NCBI GenBank assembly: GCA_047947115.1 | Contig: CP170459.1 | Span: 3,744,001-3,808,000, forward strand | Length of the DNA: 64,000 bases | Reading direction: 5' to 3' | DNA from: Verrucomicrobiota bacterium | Lineage (GTDB): Bacteria; Verrucomicrobiota; Verrucomicrobiia; Limisphaerales; AAA164-E04 | Notes under the pieces: model-generated | What the model was told of the DNA's origin: nothing | Databases searched by the model: none | Seen by the model: the letters and a program-made list of their open reading frames with translations, nothing else | In this document: in pieces, positions 10,493-19,171 of the stretch | Position numbering within the stretch: the first letter of the stretch is position 1 | Layout of the letters: the number at the start of each line of letters is the position of its first letter | Position numbers and translations under genes: made by a program

Positions 10493-11373
10493 CCGAGCGT
10501 CGGGCGATGGTCGTAAAAGGCCATCGCCAGATCAGTTTGAGAAGGCAGTGTGAACTTTTGAATATTAGTCGTAGCAAGGTTTTCTACCAAGGCGCTCAGG
10601 AATCGGAAGAGAACCTCCACTACATGCGATTGATCGATGAGATCTATATGGATCAACCCGTTTACGGGTATCGCCGAATGACAGCGGTGCTGCAACGGAT
10701 GGGGTTTCAGGTCAATGAAAAGCGAATTCAACGGCTGATGAGGTTGATGGGATTGGAGGCCGTTTATCCAAAACCAAGAACCAGCATCCCCATGCCAGGC
10801 CACAAAAAGTATCCATACCTTTTGCGGAACCGAAAACCCACCGGCCCCAATCAAGTATGGAGCATGGATATTACATATATTCCTATGAAAATGGGATTTA
10901 TGTATCTGATGGCCGTTATGGATTGGTGGAGTCGTTTGGTGATCACGTGGGAATTATCCAACACGATGGAAGCTGAGATTTGTGCCAAGACAGCAGGTGT
11001 TGGACTGAGTGCAAGCAAGCATACTCCTCTGATTTTTAACGTGGATCAGGGCAGCCAATTTACCAGCAACGTTTTCATTGATACGATCGAGTCATACGCA
11101 GTGAAGGTAAGCATGGACGGCCGTGGACGTGCATTGGACAACGTCTTTATCGAACGCTTATGGCGTAGCATTAAGTATGAGGACATATACCTTCGTGGCT
11201 ACGAGGATGGGCTCTGCCTGCACCAAGGATTAGAGAGGTGGTTCGACCACTACAACAATCACCGGCCTCACCAAGCGCTTGATTACGCCACGCCATGGGA
11301 GTGGCATTTCACCGCCCAGAAATATGGAGCGACAATCCCGACTTGGATCGACGAGGAGGAACTCAAAATCTAA
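10456..11373 (+). CDS. IS3 transposase OrfB (DDE), fused to OrfA by programmed -1 frameshift
   Basis: Motifs YGYRRMT, WSMDITY, DQGSQFTS, DNVFIERLWRSIKYE and YNNHRPHQALDYATP. Confidence 0.92.
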   Translation: MVGKKVQATASLTERRAMVVKGHRQISLRRQCELLNISRSKVFYQGAQESEENLHYMRLIDEIYMDQPVYGYRRMTAVLQRMGFQVNEKRIQRLMRLMGLEAVYPKPRTSIPMPGHKKYPYLLRNRKPTGPNQVWSMDITYIPMKMGFMYLMAVMDWWSRLVITWELSNTMEAEICAKTAGVGLSASKHTPLIFNVDQGSQFTSNVFIDTIESYAVKVSMDGRGRALDNVFIERLWRSIKYEDIYLRGYEDGLCLHQGLERWFDHYNNHRPHQALDYATPWEWHFTAQKYGATIPTWIDEEELKI

Positions 11374-11648
11374 TGTGAGGTAACAAAACAAGGAGACTCA
11401 AAGCAACTTATTGGGATGCCTCATGAACATGCGCGCAGAAAAATCCAGTCCTCCATTCCAGCCCGCGAGTGCCGCTTCGCGGAGACATAAGAAGCGGGCT
11501 TCCATTCCGGACTGGATTTTTCTCTTCCGATCGGGCACCCTTGAAGAAGTTGGCAGCGGAATGCCAGTTCAAACACCAAAACCGACACCGGAGAATATAT
11601 CTTAAATTTCCGCCTCCGTGGTCCCCTAGTTGGGGGGCACCTCAATCG

Positions 11649-13733
11649 CTATAACTTTTCGTAAATCAAAAATTTGGTAGGTTCCCCACTACTATCGCGC
11701 CAAATACCCCGCATCTGTTCATACCATTTATTATCCTTAATCTTATATATCGAATGATACGTTCCATTTGCGTGAAAGGAGTAGAAATGATTCAAACCAC
11801 CCTTGACTTCAATTTTCATCGGCAAGATAAACTTACTTTTTAAAAGACCATCGGAATCATAAAGTTCCAATTGTTCGGTTCCTTGCGTGATATGCTTGAT
11901 GCGATAACTACCATCCTCATTGGTATGCTTCCAAGAACCCTTTAATTTTTTCCATTCATTTTTCACAGGATGAAATTCATGGTTAGCCTTTATAAGGATC
12001 TCAAACTGGGGACCGCTCGCCATTTTCCGCAACTCACCCCACTCAACATTAGGCTTGTTAAGAATACTCATTGCTTTTTGGGTGGTAGATTGCCAAGCAC
12101 TTTCACCAGGAAGACTCTCCGCGCTTTTAAAATGTGCAGTAACAAAATCATGGGTTATACCTGATCGATTAGACTCGATTAGGCGATGTAATGCCCACCC
12201 CCCAAAAGTCGGATCCATGCTTGAAACAATTTGCCAAAATGGTTTTGCCATGTTCATTTCTGCAAAAAGGTAGTCCTGAATTTTACCAGGTTGCACATTC
12301 ATATAGCCCATGTTGATTTGCCGGATATCCATGCCTCCTGAATTAGGCGACCAATATTGATCGACAGCCTGATAAATATCACTTCCGGCAGATTGAACAT
12401 AAGGCCATGTCCTTTCTCCTAAATCTGCTCTACTGCCAACAGCTGAATAATCCAACGTGTCCCATATAGAACCGTTTTGCATATCTTCCATCGACGCATA
12501 CACCTGCACGGTAGCGTAGTTTGGCTCACCCATATTTGCGTTTTTTATTTTGGCCACATGCCAATGAAGCAAGCTACCTCTTTGCATTCTCTGTTCGTGA
12601 AGTCCTTTCCATTCCTCTTCAGCAGCGAGATATGATTGAACGTCTTGGTCGGCAACTATTTTAAAATCTGTCTTAATGTAACCCGTAAATCTTTGGGATT
12701 CTTTTGTCCTTTGAAAATATGAACGTTTAGTCTTAGCGTTACTATCTTCAGCATTATCAATATTAGCATTTTGTTTTCTTTTAAGTATATAACCGCCAAC
12801 AACATCTGTGTAAATGCCGTTATCTTTTGACTGCCATTTGGCATGTATTTCATTTAAACTAAGGAAAGACCTAACTAGACGACTATCACCCTGACGTTGT
12901 CCTGTGGTCATGCTCCCCATGAAATCCCAGCCGCCAACTTGAGAAAAACCATTTTTAGTTATGCTATACATCACGAGCTCTCCATTTGCGTGATTTCTCC
13001 GAGTTAGGTTGTAACCGCCACCGGTGGGGTTACCCTCTTCATCGAAAAAAACGAATCTCTCATGAAGACTTGCCCCGAGATCAAATTCCCGAAATAGAAT
13101 TTTCAAATTAACATTTCCCGACTCACCAATGGATTCCCAAGACCCATGAAGATCTTCTAATCTTGGGTCTAATGTTTTTATTTTATTTTTGGCCCATACA
13201 ACTTCGCCTTTATCTCCGGGGTTATAGTCAATTTTTTGTGCTTCGATACTTGGAGTCTTTTCAATATACGATTTATCAAAGCCAATAACATTCACTGAGT
13301 ACTCTGAGAATTTGTCCCGCTTTTTATTCCAAGATAACTCAATTTGCCCTGAGACATTGCCATTCTCAGACGATCCTGAGAAGGTGACGACGCTTCCTTT
13401 GTCTTCAAACCTTTCGGTTGATCGTCCCAATCGGCCATTGGAGTCAGCCCAAAGTCTGTCTCCAATTTGATTATTTTGAATAGTTTGAAATGCACTCCAA
13501 GCTGATACAGGCTCAAGAGTTTCCGGATCGATACTAACGTGAGCTACCCGTTGCAAACCAACTACACCGTCCGTCCAATACCATCTGAAACCTTGACGCT
13601 TAGTTCCATCTTCATCTACGGAATGCCACTTCCATGCCCCATCTAGCGGGTGTTTTGAAATTTCTTGGGCATCGACTTCCACAAACGTACTTACCAATAT
13701 TAAGGCAATGCCTAGTATTTGAATGTTTTTCAT
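11649..13733 (-). CDS. Secreted mosaic protein: beta-barrel pair (as in 903..2705) + NIPSNAP-like + lipocalin-like domain (as in 7106..8803)
   Basis: Signal peptide from ATG 13733 (MKNIQILGIALILVSTFVEVDA). Motifs ERFVFFDEEG..GGWDF..QRQGDSRLVR, YLAAEEEWKGLHE and GSWKHTNEDGSYRIK..KWYEQ. Visibly AT-rich. Confidence 0.8.
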   Translation of the reverse strand: MKNIQILGIALILVSTFVEVDAQEISKHPLDGAWKWHSVDEDGTKRQGFRWYWTDGVVGLQRVAHVSIDPETLEPVSAWSAFQTIQNNQIGDRLWADSNGRLGRSTERFEDKGSVVTFSGSSENGNVSGQIELSWNKKRDKFSEYSVNVIGFDKSYIEKTPSIEAQKIDYNPGDKGEVVWAKNKIKTLDPRLEDLHGSWESIGESGNVNLKILFREFDLGASLHERFVFFDEEGNPTGGGYNLTRRNHANGELVMYSITKNGFSQVGGWDFMGSMTTGQRQGDSRLVRSFLSLNEIHAKWQSKDNGIYTDVVGGYILKRKQNANIDNAEDSNAKTKRSYFQRTKESQRFTGYIKTDFKIVADQDVQSYLAAEEEWKGLHEQRMQRGSLLHWHVAKIKNANMGEPNYATVQVYASMEDMQNGSIWDTLDYSAVGSRADLGERTWPYVQSAGSDIYQAVDQYWSPNSGGMDIRQINMGYMNVQPGKIQDYLFAEMNMAKPFWQIVSSMDPTFGGWALHRLIESNRSGITHDFVTAHFKSAESLPGESAWQSTTQKAMSILNKPNVEWGELRKMASGPQFEILIKANHEFHPVKNEWKKLKGSWKHTNEDGSYRIKHITQGTEQLELYDSDGLLKSKFILPMKIEVKGGLNHFYSFHANGTYHSIYKIKDNKWYEQMRGIWRDSSGEPTKFLIYEKL

Positions 13734-14023
13734 TTTTTTACGATATCTTGTTGGGTTCAGGGCATTGTTGGATTTTGCTGCAACTGAAATGCTTTTTTCG
13801 TTGTTAGTAACATTTACGTAGGTTCCCCAAAAAGACGAAACCAAATTAGCCCATTTTTCTTTACACGTATTAATGTCTCGAAGGGCGACATAATTTTTTA
13901 TTTTTTGGGCAGACCAATGTCAAAGGTCTCTTTAAGAAACGGATGGACGGTTTAGGGCCGCGCATTTGCTCAACAATCGAGGAGGCGCCATCTACACCAG
14001 CGAGCGAGCAGACCAAGCTGTCC

Positions 14024-14482
14024 TGCCTGGGACCCCTGAATTAAGTCCACCTTGAGTAATAGGGTTTTCCAGCTAAGAAAGGAAAATCCTAATGAAAAAG
14101 ACACGTAGATCGACCGAACAGATTATCCGCATCCTTCGTGACAGCGAAGGACTAAGTGTGGATGAAGCCTGCCGCAGGCATGAGCTCAGCACACCAACCT
14201 ACCACCGCTGGAAAGCGAAGTATGGTGGAATGTGCATCAAGGAAGCCCAGAGGCTGAGAGATATTGATAAAGAGAACTCGGAGCTGAAGAAGCTATTGGC
14301 CGAGCAGATGCTCAAATCCAAGGTACTGGAGATTGCTCTAGAAAAAAAACCTCTGAGCCCGGGGCGTCGGCGTCGTATGGCTCTGAAGATTCAGTAAGCG
14401 ATGTCATGCTCCGGGCGAAGTGTCTGTCGCTGGTTGGGATTGAACCGCAGCACACTGCGTTACGCTCCCAGGGCAGTGCCGG
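14024..14482 (+). mobile_element. Truncated near-identical copy of the IS at 8872 (IRL, orfA, start of orfB)
   Basis: Aligns with 8872..~9329 with scattered substitutions. An extra A in the slippery run and a TAA at 14395. Similarity stops after GGGCAGTGCCGG. Confidence 0.92.
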
Positions 14483-14802
14483 CCGTCGACTTTCTGGCCC
14501 AAGTTGAGTGAGTAGTTAGGGTGATCCATTTTGGGGTTAGGAATAGTGGGCTAGAATCTTTATGAGTAGAAGAAATTAAGCGATTTTTAACTAGCTTGAT
14601 ATCACATCTGAAAGGCCTTAATTGATACCTAATCAACCCGTGATCGCTTCAGAAATTGGTAAAGTTGGCGTCAGAAGTTTTGCCTTTTTCTCGTAAAATG
14701 ATTCCTTTTAGGCCATACAAGACCCATACGCTAAATTAAGTTTTTCTGTGTTCCTATCGGGTTAGGGTAATCAAAAACCATTAAAAATTACAGGGTTAGA
14801 AG

Positions 14803-14873
14803 TGGAGCCAGCTGTCGGGGTCTAACCGACGACCGACGGTTTATCCCGACGCGTCGGGACTCAACCACTGAGC
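14803..14873 (-). repeat. Rebuilt partial copy of tRNA-Thr: D-arm (14860-14873) + 16-bp palindrome (14844-14859) + 3' half to CCA (14803-14843)
   Basis: 40/41 match to 15130-15170 and 13/14 match to 15182-15195. TCCCGACGCGTCGGGA is its own reverse complement. Confidence 0.95.
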
Positions 14874-15112
14874 AGGACTTCTCGAATCCATTTAGCGGAT
14901 TTCATTCGCTTGATTTGCCGTTCACGTGCCATTGCGCATGCTCTTGTAGGATGTTCCTCTGACCAAACCAAATTCCAGGGGCCATTTTTGGGGGTGAAGC
15001 GTGTGCCAGGTTCGTTGGGGTCGTTATGGATTTGGATGCGCCTCGTCAGATCCTCAGTATGGCCTATATAAAATTTACCATCTAAGTTCTCTAGAATGTA
15101 TGTCCAAAACAT
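14861..15112 (-). CDS. Small stand-alone GIY-YIG nuclease family protein (83 aa)
   Basis: WTYILE..GKFYIGHTEDLTRRIQIHN..RFT..GPWNLVWSE..AMARERQIK, which carries the YIG, R, HN and E catalytic motifs. ATG lies 17 nt after the tRNA CCA. Confidence 0.9.
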   Translation of the reverse strand: MFWTYILENLDGKFYIGHTEDLTRRIQIHNDPNEPGTRFTPKNGPWNLVWSEEHPTRACAMARERQIKRMKSAKWIREVLLSG

Positions 15113-15129
15113 GGAAGGGAGGGGATAAA

Positions 15130-15204
15130 TGGAGCCAGCTGTCGGGGTCGAACCGACGACCGACGGTTTACAAAACCGTTGCTCTACCACTGAGCTAAGC
15201 TGGC
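15130..15204 (-). tRNA. tRNA-Thr(TGT)
   Basis: GCCAGCT TA GCTC AGTGGTA GAGC A ACGGT TTTGTAA ACCGT CGGTC GTCGG TTCGACC CCGAC AGCTGGC T CCA folds as a full cloverleaf with encoded CCA. Confidence 0.97.
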
Positions 15205-15298
15205 CTTTGAAGGTGAATTGTTGTGGGGAGCTTGTATTTACTACCCGAACACGCGGTCCATTGTAGGAGAGATTTTTTTTGAATCAAGCCCTTTTCGA

Positions 15299-17299
15299 TC
15301 AAGGAAGCCTTTTGATGCGCAGATTTTTGTATTCTACGCCCGTGCCGTGGTCCTGGAGCATGATTTTTCCTTCTGTATTTTGCCCGTAATGGGGCCATTC
15401 GGCAAATTTGCTCATCATGACTGCTTGTTTGAATGCTTCGGTGTCGGTGCGAGTTTCCACGATTTTGACTCCGTTCAGCCAATGCTCGATGACGGTTCCT
15501 CTGGATAGGATGCGTCCCCGGTTCCATGTTCCAGGCGGATGTCTGGGGTCGAGACTCCAGTCTCCCATGTCCAGTACGTATAGTGTGGCTGTGATGTAGT
15601 ATTTCTCTTGTGAGGTGGCAGGATTGTATCCCGGGTAATGTTTTTCGTCGTCGAGTATCTGGTATTCTGGGCCCAGAAATCGTCCATCGTAGTCGGTCAT
15701 GCGGTACTTGACTCCACTGTTTCCTCCTTTACCGATCCGGTATTCAAATTGAAACTCAAAGTCGCCGTAGGTTTCTTTTAAATACAGGGCGGTGTGTTCG
15801 CCGTTGTCGCGATCGGTTCGCATGTTGAGGATACCGTTTTCAGTTCTCCAGCCTTTTGGGGTGCTGCCATTGTGTGCTTCCCAGTCGTTCTTACCGTCGG
15901 AATAGATCAGCGTCTTCCAAGGTGTGTTGGTTCGTATGTTCCATTCGGACAGGCTGATGGCTTGTGTACGGTTTGATTCGATTCCTGCCTTGTTGACGGT
16001 GGTGACTTGATAATCCTCCTCGGTCGCTCCGGCTCTGTTTGGATCGAGGAATGTTTTGGGTGGCAATGCCTGCCCGTTAAGTGGCTGGTCGCTGTAGTTC
16101 CAGGCGTGATACGCCCCGGTTGGATTCCAGCGTGGATCCTTCTCTCCGCCAACGGTGCCAATCTTTTTACCTTTGCGATAAATCGTGAACCCTTGAATGC
16201 CTGATTCGATGTCAGCGAAGGCTTCCCAGTGCAGTATGGCTTTTTCACCTTCACATTCGACTCTCAGGTTGTGTGGTCGGGGAGGGGCTGTGGTGTCTGG
16301 AATATTTCCGGTTTTGCTGAACGCCTGCCAATCTCTGGCGAAGGAGTGATTCAGCAGGTAACTGTCTTGATGGTTTGATGCTTCTTCCTCTTCTGAGATA
16401 TCCAGACTTTGATGTTTACCTATCCAGAATGGTTGCTGGGGCAGGGGGCGGAGGGTTGGTTGATTGGGGGTTGGTGTCTCTAATGGATCAGGTAAACGGG
16501 CTTCAATCATTTGATCGAAATACCTGAGCGCCAGTTGTCGGCTTTGGCTGTTTTCATGCTCGGACTCAGGGTGGATAGCGAGGGTCCATGGTGCTTTTTG
16601 GGTTCGCCCATATTCAAACACCTGGTAAACTCCTTCGATGAGTTGGCGGAACCGGTTTCCTTCCATGTATTCCTTCTCTCCATAACAGAAAAGGATGGGA
16701 ACTTGAAAGGTGGCCGGGTTTGAACCGGGTTCCTTGGGCTGGCTGCGTTCGTAGGTACGTCCTACGGGGGAGAGCCCGCCCGATCTGGGAAATGCCGCGA
16801 TGATCCGTTCGGGATAGAGGTAGCACATATTGACGGTCCAGATTGCTCCGCCCGAGTGTCCCCAAAGACACCATGGGACCGTTTCGAGTTCCGGATGTCC
16901 GGTGGCTTTTGCGAATTGCCCAATGGCATTTAGGAAGGCGTTGGCTGATCCGTCTTCAGGCATCGTCCAAGTCGAGCAATCTTCCTCCGGCGCCCAGAGT
17001 TGCGAACCCATCAGGGCAAATCCGTGTTTTTGTGCCAGGGCCTGCCACTGGATGTCGTTTGCGTGTTCCAATCCAAACATACGAGCTCCAGGTCCACAGC
17101 CATGCTGGCGAAAGAGGATGCCGCGAATTTCCGGGGTATCTTCCGGCAGCCACAGGCGATAATCGGCTTTTTCAAATGCGTCTTCTTCTCGCGGTTGCAC
17201 GGTGCAGTCAAAGGACGCCGCATGCACCGCCTTGAAAGCAAAGAGGACGGTGAGTGCGGTTAATGAAAACGCGCACTGGATGCTGGATTTGTTTGTCAT
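15299..17299 (-). CDS. Secreted alpha/beta hydrolase + FN3-like + DUF1080 (3-keto-disaccharide hydrolase-like) fusion
   Basis: Signal peptide; nucleophile elbow WGHSGG; DTTAPPRPHNL..W FN3-like segment; DUF1080 motifs YGDFEFQFEYR, GNSGVKYR, EYQILDD and GKIMLQDHG. Confidence 0.8.
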   Translation of the reverse strand: MTNKSSIQCAFSLTALTVLFAFKAVHAASFDCTVQPREEDAFEKADYRLWLPEDTPEIRGILFRQHGCGPGARMFGLEHANDIQWQALAQKHGFALMGSQLWAPEEDCSTWTMPEDGSANAFLNAIGQFAKATGHPELETVPWCLWGHSGGAIWTVNMCYLYPERIIAAFPRSGGLSPVGRTYERSQPKEPGSNPATFQVPILFCYGEKEYMEGNRFRQLIEGVYQVFEYGRTQKAPWTLAIHPESEHENSQSRQLALRYFDQMIEARLPDPLETPTPNQPTLRPLPQQPFWIGKHQSLDISEEEEASNHQDSYLLNHSFARDWQAFSKTGNIPDTTAPPRPHNLRVECEGEKAILHWEAFADIESGIQGFTIYRKGKKIGTVGGEKDPRWNPTGAYHAWNYSDQPLNGQALPPKTFLDPNRAGATEEDYQVTTVNKAGIESNRTQAISLSEWNIRTNTPWKTLIYSDGKNDWEAHNGSTPKGWRTENGILNMRTDRDNGEHTALYLKETYGDFEFQFEYRIGKGGNSGVKYRMTDYDGRFLGPEYQILDDEKHYPGYNPATSQEKYYITATLYVLDMGDWSLDPRHPPGTWNRGRILSRGTVIEHWLNGVKIVETRTDTEAFKQAVMMSKFAEWPHYGQNTEGKIMLQDHGTGVEYKNLRIKRLP

Positions 17300-17333
17300 A
17301 TTGAGGGACCTTTGCCTTTATTGGAACGGGGTA

Positions 17334-18302
17334 TCAGCCGAGTGCCTTCTGCACGGCGGATTGCATTTTCCGGAGTCCGGTTTTGGCCACGCTGGCGGCG
17401 TCTTGTTCCCAGTAAGATCGGTTGAAGACCTCCAGGGACAGAACAGGGGTGGCGCCGACCGCTACGAATCCGTTCAAGATGTCGTTCAATGGTGCAATAC
17501 CGTCTCCAGGGTAAACTCGATGTGAGTCATTGATTGTTTCTCTGGGGGGATCCGCCGGGTAATCATTGAAATGAAACACCTGCATGGCTTGGGGGCCCAG
17601 GAGTTTCAGGCCTTCGAAGGGGCAGCCGCCTTTATAGGTATGATAGACATCTCCAAGAAAACAAGCTTTTGGGTGTCCACACTCGATGGCGATGGAAACA
17701 GCTTTACTGATGCGACCAATGACGGGGTGTCCTCCCCACATTTCAATCATTGGAATCACTCCAATGGATTCTCCGATTTCCAGCAGTTTTGCGTATCGTT
17801 CGGCAGCAGCCTCCACCTCAATCTGTTCGCCGCGAGAAGTGCCCGCGGGCGGAGCGGCCATTCGAATGCCTCCTATTTGTGCCAGTCGATCCATCTCGCG
17901 CTTGGCTTGTTCCAGTCCGGCTGCACGTTTGACGTCGTCATTCACGATCCAGGGGGCAAATCCAATGGCGCTTTCAACCGTCATGCCGTGGTCGGCAATA
18001 CGTTTGGCGAGGTCTTTGAGGGATCCTCCACCGTCCGCATACTGGTTGATGCCGTCAAACCATGGTTCCAGAGCATCGTAACCAGCCTGACCTGCAACAT
18101 CGATTTCCTTGATGATGCCAAGTTTTTGGCCGCGGATCGTGCTTGTATTCAAGCAATAGCGGAATGCTCTACCTTGGGGGCTTTGTGGAGTTGCCGCTTT
18201 GAGTTGTGTTTTTCCCAAAGCCAGGGCTCCCATGGCGATTCCTGCTGATTTTAAGGCGTTGCGTCGACTGCATTCCATAGATGGATGATTGATTGGTTTC
18301 AT
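17334..18302 (-). CDS. Tat-exported sugar phosphate isomerase/epimerase (xylose-isomerase-like TIM barrel)
   Basis: Twin-arginine SRRNALK; motifs AGYDALEPW, DVYH, HFND, PGDG and SLEVFN. Confidence 0.88.
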   Translation of the reverse strand: MKPINHPSMECSRRNALKSAGIAMGALALGKTQLKAATPQSPQGRAFRYCLNTSTIRGQKLGIIKEIDVAGQAGYDALEPWFDGINQYADGGGSLKDLAKRIADHGMTVESAIGFAPWIVNDDVKRAAGLEQAKREMDRLAQIGGIRMAAPPAGTSRGEQIEVEAAAERYAKLLEIGESIGVIPMIEMWGGHPVIGRISKAVSIAIECGHPKACFLGDVYHTYKGGCPFEGLKLLGPQAMQVFHFNDYPADPPRETINDSHRVYPGDGIAPLNDILNGFVAVGATPVLSLEVFNRSYWEQDAASVAKTGLRKMQSAVQKALG

Positions 18303-18713
18303 AACTGGATTTGCCGGCGACTTTAACTGATAAGATGGTCAAAGGTGAATCTTTTTGTTTGAGGCTGCCGATTTTCGGTGAGTCATGATTCATCTCTGTT
18401 TTTGTTTAAGATCGTTATGAGAGGAGGTTGCTATAAATGCAATGCAGAGCATTGCGAAAAGGGTTTACGGTAGCGCTGTTTAGGGGTTCATTTATTAATA
18501 AGATAAGCTTATATGTCGCAATTTAGTTATAAAAAACTTTCCTAATCGGCTAAAATTTGTATAAAGTCCCTAATATTTCTATTTGGCAAAGGATTTGCTC
18601 GGGTTGCATCAGGTTGCTGGGTTTTGGTTTCATTGCATGCAATGTTAATTCAAATTCGGAGGCTAAGTTGTATGGTACGGCATTTAATTTATGGATAGGA
18701 TAGAGAGACATAT

Positions 18714-19103
18714 ATGTTAGGCAGACTTGTTAAACGAGGCAGTCGGTTATACTGCGTGGCGGACCAGGGGGGACAACTGGATGTTTCGAAACTGGCACGC
18801 CTGAGCGGATTCAGAGCGAGTGAACTCGCCAATTTGTTGAATGTGAGCGATCGCCATCTGGAGCGGGCGTTTCAAACCATTCTCAGTATGTCTCCGAAAA
18901 CCTGGCTGCGTGAACAGCGCATGGTTTATGCCAAGGAGTTGTTTGACCGCGGGATGCATAAACGTGAGGTTGCTTCCATCACCGGCTTCAAGTCTTACAG
19001 TCATTTTGCCGCCGAAGTGGCTCATTATTTCGGTAAACGACCCAAAGAACTGGAGCGCTGCACGGGGAAACGAACCAAGGTATTGATTGAACAGTTTATT
19101 TGA
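18714..19103 (+). CDS. AraC-family HTH regulator (DNA-binding domain only)
   Basis: ELANLLNVSDRHLERAF...SPKTWLREQRM..A...EVASITGFKSYSHF. Confidence 0.88.
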   Translation: MLGRLVKRGSRLYCVADQGGQLDVSKLARLSGFRASELANLLNVSDRHLERAFQTILSMSPKTWLREQRMVYAKELFDRGMHKREVASITGFKSYSHFAAEVAHYFGKRPKELERCTGKRTKVLIEQFI

Positions 19104-19171
19104 TTTCCCAAAAGAGCTGGTTTGTAGGGTGGCCAGAAGTCCCTTTGCTTGCTAACACTTGTTCATACAAC

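Larger units (their letters stand above)
10120..11644 (+). mobile_element. Apparently intact IS3-family element (1525 bp)
   Basis: IRL TGTAGTGCCCCCCAAAAAAGGGACCA and IRR TGGTCCCCTAGTTGGGGGGCACCTCA (TG...CA ends). orfA/orfB with -1 frameshift motif. No target duplication visible. Confidence 0.92.

Noticed and set aside
14483..14802. Integrase remnant next to the tRNA repeat
   Set aside because: AT-rich, and I could recognise no ORF or tyrosine-recombinase motif.
14803..14873. Second functional tRNA or intron-containing tRNA
   Set aside because: Lacks the 5' acceptor strand and 5' anticodon stem, and the T-loop is mutated. The upstream tRNA is uninterrupted, so the nuclease is not within an intron.
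15113..15190. Longer 109-aa start for the GIY-YIG ORF
   Set aside because: The extension runs through the tRNA gene; family similarity starts at ATG 15112.
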